From an uncultured Clostridia bacterium (GTDB taxonomy: Bacteria > Bacillota > Clostridia > TANB77 > CAG-508), in assembly GCA_934162615.1 (NCBI GenBank), contig CAKPJK010000001.1, positions 29,754-93,753 of the forward strand: a stretch of DNA of 64,000 nt. Reading direction: 5' to 3'. This document shows, piece after piece, positions 37,736-46,749 of this stretch. The notes beneath the pieces are model-generated. The model had not been told where the DNA came from and did not search any database. It saw only the letters and a list, made by a program, of their open reading frames with translations. Position 1 is the stretch's first letter. Each line of letters begins with the position of its first letter. Both the position numbers and the translations under genes were made by a program.

Positions 37736-37778
37736 TAATAAGAATTTTATGGTCCATAAACTGCAATCTTTTTGTTTA

Positions 37779-37795
37779 TTGTCGATTTTTGTCGA
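37779..37795 (+). promoter_or_regulatory. Tandem Spo0A-box-like heptamers TGTCGAT / TGTCGAA, 10-bp phasing, just upstream of a -35 element
   Basis: TGTCGAT at 37779-85 and TGTCGAA at 37789-95. The -35 TTGACT starts at 37806. Confidence 0.4.
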
Positions 37796-37805
37796 AATCT
37801 TTTTG

Positions 37806-37834
37806 TTGACTTTTTATGAAAACTGATATATAAT
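37806..37834 (+). promoter_or_regulatory. Near-consensus sigma-A promoter
   Basis: TTGACT (37806-11), 17-nt spacer, TATAAT (37829-34). Confidence 0.5.
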
Positions 37835-37916
37835 ATGCCCATAAAAAGTTTAAAATAAAAATCTTAAAGGCTAATAAAATTTAAAGTAATAAAGAAATCA
37901 ACATACAGGAGGTCTT

Positions 37917-38024
37917 ATGATTTTTAAAATCATATTATTTATAATCAATTTTTTAATAGTCAAAAAAATGATTACTAAAATACTAGCAATCATAATCTTA
38001 AAAAAAATCAAAAAAAAAATTTAA
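37917..38024 (+). CDS. Candidate 35-aa hydrophobic/basic peptide MIFKIILFIINFLIVKKMITKILAIIILKKIKKKI
   Basis: AGGAGG 4 nt upstream of the ATG; consensus promoter about 85 nt upstream. The composition could also arise by chance in AT-rich DNA. Confidence 0.35.
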   Translation: MIFKIILFIINFLIVKKMITKILAIIILKKIKKKI

Positions 38025-38158
38025 TAATGTTTTTAATTTTGTAGGGAAGATAAGTCTATCATGATATCCCCCAATATTTTGATATTTTATTTTTAATTTT
38101 TTTTGTGTCCCACTTTTTACACAATCAATAAAAGTTATTTTCCCTACAATTATATAAA

Positions 38159-38638
38159 TTATCTATGGTAAGTTTCACCATTAGAAATTTTAAAAGCTCT
38201 GAAAATTTGCTCTAGTAAAAATACACGAATTAATTGATGTGGAAAAGTCATTTTCGAAAAGCATATTTTTTGGTTAGATAAACCTAAAAGTTTTTCGGTT
38301 AGACCTAAAGAGCCACCAATTATAAATGTGATTTGACTAGACTGCATAGATATATTTTCAATGTTTTTAGAGAATTCTTCAGAAGAAAGTTCCTTACCTT
38401 TTAAATCTAAACAAATAACATAAGAATCTTTTTTTATATGATTAATAATATTATTGCATTCTTTTGTTTTAATTTCATTTTCAATATTTAAGTTAGTTTT
38501 GTCCGGAATTTTTTCGTCTGGAAGTTCTAAAATATTTAATTTGCAATATTTTGAGAGCCTTTTTGAGTATTCATCAATTGCATCTCTAAAAAATTTTTCT
38601 TTTACTTTTCCGATACATATTATATTTATTGTTAACAT
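38159..38638 (-). CDS. rlmH: 23S rRNA (pseudouridine1915-N3)-methyltransferase RlmH
   Basis: 159 aa SPOUT protein. IICIGKVKEKFFRDAIDEYSKRL...IIGGSLGL...LSFSKMTFPHQL-like motifs. Confidence 0.93.
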   Translation of the reverse strand: MLTINIICIGKVKEKFFRDAIDEYSKRLSKYCKLNILELPDEKIPDKTNLNIENEIKTKECNNIINHIKKDSYVICLDLKGKELSSEEFSKNIENISMQSSQITFIIGGSLGLTEKLLGLSNQKICFSKMTFPHQLIRVFLLEQIFRAFKISNGETYHR

Positions 38639-38732
38639 TTTAAATCCTTAAATTAAATATTTAGGTTTTTTAGATGGAATACCTATAACCAAATAAAATG
38701 TCATTTTGGGAACTGATGACCACAAAAGAACA

Positions 38733-39524
38733 TTAAAAAGAAAAACGTGTTCCTGGAACATCGCGACTTGCAACATTTAATTTTAATGAATTTTCATTAT
38801 AATTGCTATTAGAAATAATCTCATCAATAACTGTTTTATATGCCAATTCCGGAAAATTACTTTCTTTACTTAAATGTCCAAGAGTTGCTTGTTTAAGACC
38901 AGATTGTAATAAATGTGCAATTGTTTTTCCCGCTGTTTCGTTAGGCAAATGACCATTTGGACCTGCAATTCGTGATTTTAATATGTAAGGGTATCTAGAA
39001 AATTTAAGTACTTCGGGATCATAATTTGATTCTAATAAAACAAAAATACTATCTTCCAAATTTTTTAAAATACCATTTGTCATATGGCCAATATCTGTTG
39101 CAATACTTATTTTTTGGTCTCCCTTAAAGATATTAAAACCGCAGGGATTTGCTGCATCATGTGGAATTGCAAAAGGCTTTATTTGTAAATCACCAATTTC
39201 GAATTTTTCTTCTATTTTAATATTATTTATATTTTCTTCTTTTATCTTATCTCTCTGTTTAGGCATTGCATCTAAAGTTTTTTGATTTACATATATAGGT
39301 AAATTAAATTTTTTTGCAAATGTTCCTAAACCTTGAACATGGTCTGAATGTTCATGTGTTATTAATATACCATTTATAGAAGCAGGGTCAACATCAAGGT
39401 TTGTTAAAGCAGATTCAATTTTTTTACTACTAACTCCTGCATCTATTAATAGTCTAGTATTTTCTGTTTCAACATATAAACTGTTTCCACTGCTTCCACT
39501 ATATAAACTACAAAAATTAAACAT
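38733..39524 (-). CDS. MBL-fold metallo-hydrolase, YycJ/WalJ-like
   Basis: GSSGNSLYVETENTRLLIDAGVS and ILITHEHSDHVQGLG (HxHxDH). Confidence 0.85.
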   Translation of the reverse strand: MFNFCSLYSGSSGNSLYVETENTRLLIDAGVSSKKIESALTNLDVDPASINGILITHEHSDHVQGLGTFAKKFNLPIYVNQKTLDAMPKQRDKIKEENINNIKIEEKFEIGDLQIKPFAIPHDAANPCGFNIFKGDQKISIATDIGHMTNGILKNLEDSIFVLLESNYDPEVLKFSRYPYILKSRIAGPNGHLPNETAGKTIAHLLQSGLKQATLGHLSKESNFPELAYKTVIDEIISNSNYNENSLKLNVASRDVPGTRFSF

Positions 39525-39611
39525 AATGTGTACTTCTTTCTATTTCTTTTACTATAGTTAGAAATAAAATGGACACTATAAAACTATATATCCACTTTAT
39601 TTTATCAAAAA

Positions 39612-40871
39612 TTATTCATTTACTCTTTTTATATTTGCTCCAATTTTTCTAAACTTCTCTTCAATGTTTTCATAACCTCTATCTATGTGACTAAGGTTGT
39701 AAACTTCTGTTATACCATTTGCAGATATACCTGCAACAATTAAGGCAGCGCCTGCACGTAAATCTGTAGAATAAACTGGTGCTCCAAATAATTCGTCTAC
39801 ACCTTCAAATATGGCAGTTTTTCCTTGTGCTGTAATATTTGCACCCATCTTATTTAATTCGGCAGTATATTGGAATCTTGATTCCCAAATACTTTCGTTT
39901 ATAATGCTTGTACCATTTGCGGTTGCTAAAACAACACCCATTTGAGGTTGTAAATCTGTTGGAAAACCTGGATAAGGTAATGTTTTAATATTTGCTTTAT
40001 TAGGACGTTTACTATACCAAACTCTAATACTATCACCATTATCTTCAACATTTCCACCAATTTCCACAATTTTTGCAGTTAAAGGTTCCAAATGTTTTGT
40101 AATACAATTTTTTATAAGCAAATCACCTTTAGATGCAATGGCTGCAAGCATAAATGTACCTGCTTCTATTTGATCTGGAACAACAGAATATGTAGCATTT
40201 CCATGTAATTTTTCAACACCATTTATTTTTATAACATCTGTTCCAGCACCTCTAATATCTGCACCCATTGTATTTAAAAAGTTAGCAACATCAACAATAT
40301 GAGGCTCTTTAGCAGCATTGTCAATTGTAGTTGTACCTTTTGCTAAAACACTGGCAAGCATAATATTTATTGTTGCTCCAACTGAAACAACGTCCATATA
40401 TATGTGTGCACCTTTTAGACAAGAGGCTTTTGCACTAATTGTTCCTTTGCCAACTTCAACATTTGCCCCTAATAGTTCAAATCCTTTAATATGTTGGTCA
40501 ATTGGTCTTGCACCTAAGTTGCATCCTCCTGGCATACCAACTTCAATTTCTCCAGTTCTACCAAGCATTGCTCCAATAAGATAATAAGAAGCTCTAAATT
40601 TACTTGTTAAATCAAGAGGGGCTTGAGTTGTTGTTATATTTGTTGTATCGATTGTTAATTCATTTTTTCCTGTCCAATTAATTTTAGCACCCATTTTTTT
40701 TAAAATTTTGCATAAAATTTGAACATCACTTATATTTGGCACATTTGTTATTGTGCAAACTCCATCTATTAATAATGTGGCTGGTAGCAGTGCTACTGCC
40801 GCATTTTTTGCTCCGCTTATTTCTACTTCACCTTTTAAAGGTGTTGGTCCTGTTATTACTAATTTTTCCAA
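39612..40871 (-). CDS. murA: UDP-N-acetylglucosamine 1-carboxyvinyltransferase MurA
   Basis: Start reassigned to TTG 40871 (SD AGGGGGA), giving 419 aa beginning (M)EKLVITGPTPLKGEVEISGAKNAA. The longer track ORF would overlap spoIIR. Confidence 0.95.
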   Translation of the reverse strand: MEKLVITGPTPLKGEVEISGAKNAAVALLPATLLIDGVCTITNVPNISDVQILCKILKKMGAKINWTGKNELTIDTTNITTTQAPLDLTSKFRASYYLIGAMLGRTGEIEVGMPGGCNLGARPIDQHIKGFELLGANVEVGKGTISAKASCLKGAHIYMDVVSVGATINIMLASVLAKGTTTIDNAAKEPHIVDVANFLNTMGADIRGAGTDVIKINGVEKLHGNATYSVVPDQIEAGTFMLAAIASKGDLLIKNCITKHLEPLTAKIVEIGGNVEDNGDSIRVWYSKRPNKANIKTLPYPGFPTDLQPQMGVVLATANGTSIINESIWESRFQYTAELNKMGANITAQGKTAIFEGVDELFGAPVYSTDLRAGAALIVAGISANGITEVYNLSHIDRGYENIEEKFRKIGANIKRVNE

Positions 40872-40944
40872 ATTGATTCCCCCTGAATTTAATATAACTT
40901 CGTATGCATAATATACCATAAAGAGTGACGTATTGCAAGTATAA

Positions 40945-41613
40945 TTAGAAATTTTTAGCAGTAAGGAGGCTATTATTTGCAAACAATTCAAGTAATTTAA
41001 ATTTAAACTTTATACTAGAATTTGAACTGTCAGAAATTAATGAATATTCCTCATCAGATAAAACTTTTTGTAACTCCTCTTTGGACTCTTCTGGAACAAA
41101 CCCTGACGAAACATCAATAAAACATAAAGAAGGGAACATCACACACCACCAATTACGACCTTTTGCTTCACCAATTTCAACTCTTAGAGCATCATAATAA
41201 CCTGCAGGGAGCGAAATATCACCATATTGTTTTGTTGGAAATTCAAAATTTCCAATATTTATTTTTACATCATATGAATATCCTTCGTTGTGAATGGTAT
41301 CTAAAGCAACCTGTTTAAATTCATCTTGATGCTCTGTTACAATTTTTATTGCTTCATTTTTAGAAGTACAATTTGAGCAAAGACCATTCATATATTTAAG
41401 TAAATTATCTCTTACTTTGTATTTTAAGGCTTGATCCTTATCACTGTTGCTATTTGCCAAAACGTGTAATCTAAAAACACTGTTACTTATATCTGTTGAT
41501 ACTGCTTGAACATAAGAAAAAGCACAGATTATTGTATATATAATTAATAATAAAATTAAAGTTAGGATAATTCCTAATTTGGAATTTTTTTTGTTGTTTA
41601 ATAATTTTTTCAT
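40945..41613 (-). CDS. spoIIR: Stage II sporulation protein R
   Basis: N-terminal TM, then VFRLHVLANSNSDKDQALKYKVRDNLL, the SpoIIR signature. Confidence 0.85.
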   Translation of the reverse strand: MKKLLNNKKNSKLGIILTLILLLIIYTIICAFSYVQAVSTDISNSVFRLHVLANSNSDKDQALKYKVRDNLLKYMNGLCSNCTSKNEAIKIVTEHQDEFKQVALDTIHNEGYSYDVKINIGNFEFPTKQYGDISLPAGYYDALRVEIGEAKGRNWWCVMFPSLCFIDVSSGFVPEESKEELQKVLSDEEYSLISDSSNSSIKFKFKLLELFANNSLLTAKNF

Positions 41614-41881
41614 ATGTTACCTCCAATAAACTTTTTTTCTAAAAAATTCTTTAATTTAATTATTTACAATTTAGATAAAATTATACAAATAAAAAAATAA
41701 AGGTGATTTTTAATTATAGAGCAATTTTTGAAATATAATTGAAATATTTCTGAAATAAATTTGAAATATTTTCCAATTTTTTCTTGACACACAAAAAAAT
41801 AAATGGTAAAATTTACCAGTAATCAAAAATAAGATTACACTAAAGAAAAAAACTTTGTAAAGTGAAAGGGTTGATATTCTT

Positions 41882-42352
41882 ATGATGAGAAAAAACAAAA
41901 GAAAAGAAAAAATATGCTTGTTTTTTGCAAGTGATTATCATTTTGAAATGATGAGTTTACCTTATATTAATGAAAATTTAAAAAAGAATAAAAATGTAAT
42001 AATAATGACAGAAAATAATTTAGATAATACAGTAAATAAAGTTTTAGAAAATGTAAATTTGGCAAAAGAAGACAAAGAAAGAATAACAAAAATAGACTGG
42101 AAAAACAATGATTTGGATAAATTTAAAGAAGTAAAAAATGCAAATAAGGAAGGAAAAGAAACATTAATCTTTATAAAAGGAAAAGAAAATTATATAGAAA
42201 ATATGAATAGAAATATAGAAAATTGGATAAACAATACTGATGTAAAAGTTGTAGATTGTTATGATATAAACGAAATTAAAGAAGATGCAAGCAATATAGA
42301 AAAAAATTATACTCGAATATTATCAATGTCAGGTGTAGAAAAATTATTATAA
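41882..42352 (+). CDS. Hypothetical protein (156 aa)
   Basis: ORF preceded by promoter TTGACA-17-TAAAAT (about 41783-41811). No family recognised with confidence. Confidence 0.5.
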   Translation: MMRKNKRKEKICLFFASDYHFEMMSLPYINENLKKNKNVIIMTENNLDNTVNKVLENVNLAKEDKERITKIDWKNNDLDKFKEVKNANKEGKETLIFIKGKENYIENMNRNIENWINNTDVKVVDCYDINEIKEDASNIEKNYTRILSMSGVEKLL

Positions 42353-42453
42353 AAATTTTAAAAAATACTTGATAAATTTCAATAAATAGTATAAAGTAGA
42401 AAGTACATAATAAAAATGTAGCAGTTAAAGTGCTAACGAAAGGAAGAATGAAT

Positions 42454-43704
42454 ATGGATAATACAGTAGAAGAAGCAAAAGCTATATTAAAAAAATACAA
42501 TCAAGAACATTTATTGAATGGTTATGAAAATTTGGATGAAAGAAAACAAAAGCAGTTATTAGATCAAATAATGAATATAAATTTTGAATTGATAAAAAGT
42601 TTATATGATAACACAAAAAGTGAAAAATTATCTAATGATGATAAAATAGAACCAATGGATTATTTGGATAAAAACAAATTATATGATGATTATAAATATT
42701 ATGAAAATATTGGAAAACATGCAATACAAGAAGGAAAACTTGCTGCAGTTACTATGGCTGGAGGACAAGGAACAAGACTTGGACATAGCGGACCAAAAGG
42801 AACTTATGATATAGGTTTAGATTCGCACAAATCTTTATTTGAATTATTAAGTGAGGGGCTAAAAGAAGCAGGAAAAAAATATGATGTTACTATACCATGG
42901 TTTATAATGACAAGTAGAGAAAATAATGAAGAAACAGTAAATTTCTTTGAAAAAAATAAATATTTTGGATATCAAAAAGACAAGAATATATTTTTCTTTA
43001 TTCAAGGTGAATTACCAATGGTAGATACAGAAGGAAAAATATTAATAGGTGAAGATGGATTAATAAAACAAGCTGCTGATGGACATGGTGGAATTTATGA
43101 ATCATTAGTAAAAAGTGGTATGACTGAAAAAATGAGACAACTTGGTGTAGAATGGGTATTTATAGGTGGTGTTGATAACTGCCTTGTAAAAATGGTAGAC
43201 CCAGTACTTATGGGAGTTGCTATTGATAAAGGTGTTACAGTTGCTTGTAAATCAATTGTTAAAGCAAATCCACATGAAAAAGTTGGTGTTTTCTGCAAAA
43301 GAAATGGAAAACCAGGTGTTATAGAATATTCAGAAATTACTGATGAAATGGCAGAGGCAACAGATAAAAATGGTGAACTTTTATATGGTGAATCACATAT
43401 ACTTTGCAATTTGTTTAGTATTGATGCAGTAGAAAGAATGGGTCAAACACCATTACCATACCACAGTGCTTTTAAAAAAGCTAAATATATTGATAAAGAT
43501 GGAAACTTAGTAGTTCCAGATTCTCCAAATGCATATAAATTTGAGGCTTTCTTGTTTGATGCTTTTGGTGAGGTTGATGATATGGCAATTCTTAGAGTTA
43601 AGAGAGAAGAAGAATTTGCACCTGTAAAGAATGCTGATAGTGCTGGAGTTGATTGTCCAAGTACTGCTAGAAAATTATATGAGGATTTCCATCATTTAAA
43701 ATAA
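42454..43704 (+). CDS. UDPGP-family UDP-sugar / UDP-N-acetylhexosamine pyrophosphorylase (eukaryotic UAP1-like type)
   Basis: TMAGGQGTRLGHSGPKGTYDIGL nucleotide-binding loop, typical of the UDPGP family. ATG 42454 preferred (SD AAAGGAAG). Confidence 0.8.
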   Translation: MDNTVEEAKAILKKYNQEHLLNGYENLDERKQKQLLDQIMNINFELIKSLYDNTKSEKLSNDDKIEPMDYLDKNKLYDDYKYYENIGKHAIQEGKLAAVTMAGGQGTRLGHSGPKGTYDIGLDSHKSLFELLSEGLKEAGKKYDVTIPWFIMTSRENNEETVNFFEKNKYFGYQKDKNIFFFIQGELPMVDTEGKILIGEDGLIKQAADGHGGIYESLVKSGMTEKMRQLGVEWVFIGGVDNCLVKMVDPVLMGVAIDKGVTVACKSIVKANPHEKVGVFCKRNGKPGVIEYSEITDEMAEATDKNGELLYGESHILCNLFSIDAVERMGQTPLPYHSAFKKAKYIDKDGNLVVPDSPNAYKFEAFLFDAFGEVDDMAILRVKREEEFAPVKNADSAGVDCPSTARKLYEDFHHLK

Positions 43705-43908
43705 AATAAAAGAGTAGGTTAGTAAAATATGAGTTAGCCTACTCTATTTTTAACTTCTCAAATAATTTTCCAAAAACTCTTTATTTATTTTTCAAATAAT
43801 GATATTATAATCATATCAAAAATTATTGTCAAAAACGCAAGTCTAATGACATAATAAAAATTGTCAAAAAAGGGCGTCCTTAATGACAGAAAAGAAAGGA
43901 TTGATAAA

Positions 43909-45645
43909 ATGAAAAATTATTTAGAAGAATACAAAAAATGGTGTGAAAGTCCAGACTTTGACGAAGAAACAAAAAAAGAATTGTTAGAAATAAAAGATGA
44001 CGAAAAAGAAATAGAAGACAGATTTTACAAAGAACTAGAATTTGGAACAGCAGGATTAAGAGGTGTAATTGGAGCTGGAACAAACAGAATGAACAAATAC
44101 ACAGTAGGAAAAGCAACACAGGGGTTAGCAAATTACATAAAAGAACAAGGAACACAAGATAAAGGTGTAGCAATAAGTTATGACTCAAGAAGAATGTCAA
44201 AAGAATTCAGTTTACAAACTGCTTTAATATTAAATGCAAATGGAATAAAAACATACTTATTCGAAAACTTAAGACCAGTACCAGAACTATCATTTGCAGT
44301 TAGAGAATTAAAATGCACAGCAGGTGTTATGATTACAGCAAGTCATAATCCACCAAAATACAATGGATACAAAGTTTACTGGGATGATGGTGCACAAATA
44401 GTTGCTCCAAGAGATAAGGATATAATTGCAAAAGTAAGAGCAGTTGTAGAATATAGTGAAATTAAAGAAATCTCAAAAGAAGAAGCAATTGAAAAAGGAT
44501 TATTTAATATTGTTGGAACAGAAATGGACGACAAATATATTAACACTTTAAAATCTTTAATATTAAATCCTGAAATTGTAAAAGAACAAGGTAAAGACTT
44601 AAAAGTTGTTTATACACCATTACATGGAACAGGAAATACAGTTGCAGAAAGACTTTTAAAAGAAATAGGAATACAAAATTTATATGTTGTTCCAGAACAA
44701 AAAGAACCAGATGGAAACTTCCCAACAGTTGATTATCCAAATCCAGAAGATAAAAAAGCATTTAAATTAGCACTTGAATTGGCTAAAAAAGTAGATGCAG
44801 ATGTGGTTTTAGCAACAGACCCTGATGCAGATAGATTAGGAATTTATGCTAAAGACACAAAAACTGGTGAATATATGACATATACAGGAAATATGTCTGC
44901 ATTATTAATTGCAGAATATAGAATTTCTCAAATGAAAGAAAAAGGAATTTTACCTAAAAAAGGAATGTTTATTACAACAATAGTTTCTTCAGACTTAGCA
45001 AAAGCAATTGCTTCAAACTACGGATTAGAATGTTTTGAAGTTTTAACAGGATTTAAAAACATTGGAGCTATCATGAAAAGAGAAGAAGAAAAAACAGATG
45101 GCGATAAATACGTATTTGGATTTGAGGAAAGTTATGGATGCTTAATAGGCGACTATGCAAGAGACAAAGATGGTATTGCCGCAGTAATGGCACTATGCGA
45201 AGCTGCATGTTACTATAGAGCAAACAACGAAACATTATGGGATCAAATGAATAACATTTATAAAAAATATGGATTCTATAAAGAAGATCAAGTTTCAATT
45301 GTTTTAGAAGGTGCTGAAGGTGCTGAAAAAATAAAAGAAATGATGACAGAAATGAGAAATAGAGATGTTGAAAATATTGGAGACTACAAAGTTTTAACAT
45401 TTAAAGATGTTGAAAAAGATTACATAAAAGATATGGCTACAGGTGCAGAAAGTAAAACGGGATTACCTAAATCAAATGTTTTATATTATCAATTGGAAAA
45501 TAACGCATGGTGTTGTGTTCGTCCATCTGGAACAGAGCCAAAAATCAAATTGTATTTTGGTGTTAAAGGAAAAGATGAAGAAGATGCAACAAATAGTTTG
45601 GAAACATTAAAAGATGCAATGGTAAAATTAGTTAGAGGAAATTAA
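43909..45645 (+). CDS. pgcA: Phosphoglucomutase / phosphomannomutase (PgcA-like)
   Basis: Active-site TASHNPPKYNGYKV; metal loop ATDPDADRLG. ATG 43909 preferred over the upstream TTG. Confidence 0.9.
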   Translation: MKNYLEEYKKWCESPDFDEETKKELLEIKDDEKEIEDRFYKELEFGTAGLRGVIGAGTNRMNKYTVGKATQGLANYIKEQGTQDKGVAISYDSRRMSKEFSLQTALILNANGIKTYLFENLRPVPELSFAVRELKCTAGVMITASHNPPKYNGYKVYWDDGAQIVAPRDKDIIAKVRAVVEYSEIKEISKEEAIEKGLFNIVGTEMDDKYINTLKSLILNPEIVKEQGKDLKVVYTPLHGTGNTVAERLLKEIGIQNLYVVPEQKEPDGNFPTVDYPNPEDKKAFKLALELAKKVDADVVLATDPDADRLGIYAKDTKTGEYMTYTGNMSALLIAEYRISQMKEKGILPKKGMFITTIVSSDLAKAIASNYGLECFEVLTGFKNIGAIMKREEEKTDGDKYVFGFEESYGCLIGDYARDKDGIAAVMALCEAACYYRANNETLWDQMNNIYKKYGFYKEDQVSIVLEGAEGAEKIKEMMTEMRNRDVENIGDYKVLTFKDVEKDYIKDMATGAESKTGLPKSNVLYYQLENNAWCCVRPSGTEPKIKLYFGVKGKDEEDATNSLETLKDAMVKLVRGN

Positions 45646-45650
45646 AAAAT

Positions 45651-45694
45651 AATCGAGATTGAGTGGCTTAGTTTCCACGAAAATCTCGATTTTT
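45651..45694 (+). terminator. Terminator after pgcA
   Basis: AATCGAGATT...AATCTCGATT stem followed by a T-run. Confidence 0.7.
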
Positions 45695-45723
45695 AAAAGT
45701 TTACATATTTAGGAGGAAAAACA

Positions 45724-46428
45724 ATGCAAAGAATACTAAGTCATATGAGAAAAGCAATAGAAGACTATAAAATGATAGAAGAAAATGACAAAATAGCAAT
45801 ATGTCTATCAGGAGGGAAAGACTCAATAACTATGTTATATGCCTTCAAAGCATTACAACGATTCTATCCAAAAAAATTTGACATAATAGCAATAAGTATA
45901 AATCCAGGATTTGAACATTTTGATACAAATTTATTACAAGAAATGTGTGATAAATTAGAAATAACATTATTTATAGAAAACAGTCACGCACAAGAAATAG
46001 TATTTGACATAAGAAAAGAAAAAAATCCATGCTCATTATGTGCAAATTTACGTAGAGGAGTAATAAATTCAATAGCGGTACGTGAAGGATGCAATAAGAT
46101 TGCATTAGGGCATAATGAAGATGACGTATTAGAAACCTTTTTACTTAATTTGTTTTATACAGGAAGTATTGGAACATTTTCTCCAGTTAGTTATATGGAT
46201 AGAACAGGAATAACATTAATAAGGCCATTAATATATACTCCAGAAAAAGAAACAAGAAGATTTGTGAAAAAGAACAATTTGAATGTTATGTCTAAAGTAT
46301 GCCCAATGGATGGAACTTCTAAAAGAGAAGATATGAAACAAATGATTTTTTCTCTTCAAAAAGATATTCCTATGATAAGAGCAAATTTATTTGGAGCAAT
46401 AAGAAGAAATTTACCAGATTGGAAATAA
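45724..46428 (+). CDS. PP-loop ATPase, tRNA 2-thiocytidine synthase TtcA-like
   Basis: SGGKDS PP-loop; CSLCANLRRG Cys motif. Confidence 0.8.
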   Translation: MQRILSHMRKAIEDYKMIEENDKIAICLSGGKDSITMLYAFKALQRFYPKKFDIIAISINPGFEHFDTNLLQEMCDKLEITLFIENSHAQEIVFDIRKEKNPCSLCANLRRGVINSIAVREGCNKIALGHNEDDVLETFLLNLFYTGSIGTFSPVSYMDRTGITLIRPLIYTPEKETRRFVKKNNLNVMSKVCPMDGTSKREDMKQMIFSLQKDIPMIRANLFGAIRRNLPDWK

Positions 46429-46506
46429 CTTCTGTATAATTTTAACTATATTTTTGATAAAAATTGTCGAATTTTTACAGTGTACTGAACAAAATTAATA
46501 AAAAAT

Positions 46507-46749
46507 AACGTTTGTAACAAAAATGTAATATAAATTTAAAAAACTAAATAAAAAATCTTATAAAAGTGCTTCCCTAGTAAGGTGGAAGCACTTTTTTGTA
46601 ATATAAATAAAAATAAAAAAATTACTTATTGAATAAGAAAATAAAATTGTATACAATTATAATAAGGTAAATTATTGAAAAATATAGTTAGAAAAGAAAA
46701 AATGAGAAAAGAAAAATAAAGATGTGAACCTTAAGGGGGATGAAATCAA
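46507..46749 (+). repeat. Duplicated control region, copy A, upstream of giant gene A
   Basis: Shares with 56101-56305: GTAAY-AAAAAT-GTAATATAAA, the hairpin GCTTCCCTAGTAAGGTGGAAGCAC plus T6 plus GTAATATAAA, promoter TTGAAT-17-TACAAT, and a similar SD region. Confidence 0.8.
46629..46657 (+). promoter_or_regulatory. Candidate promoter of giant gene A
   Basis: TTGAAT (46629-34), 17-nt spacer, TACAAT (46652-57). Conserved in copy B. Confidence 0.5.

Noticed and set aside
40872-40991. N-terminal 40-aa extension of murA in the track ORF, overlapping the spoIIR 3' end
   Set aside because: The extension has no MurA similarity. TTG 40871 with SD AGGGGGA gives the canonical 419-aa MurA starting EKLVITG.
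46465-46471. Single perfect Spo0A box TGTCGAA upstream of giant gene A
   Set aside because: An isolated heptamer, and several are expected by chance at this base composition. Only the phased tandem pairs are reported as findings.
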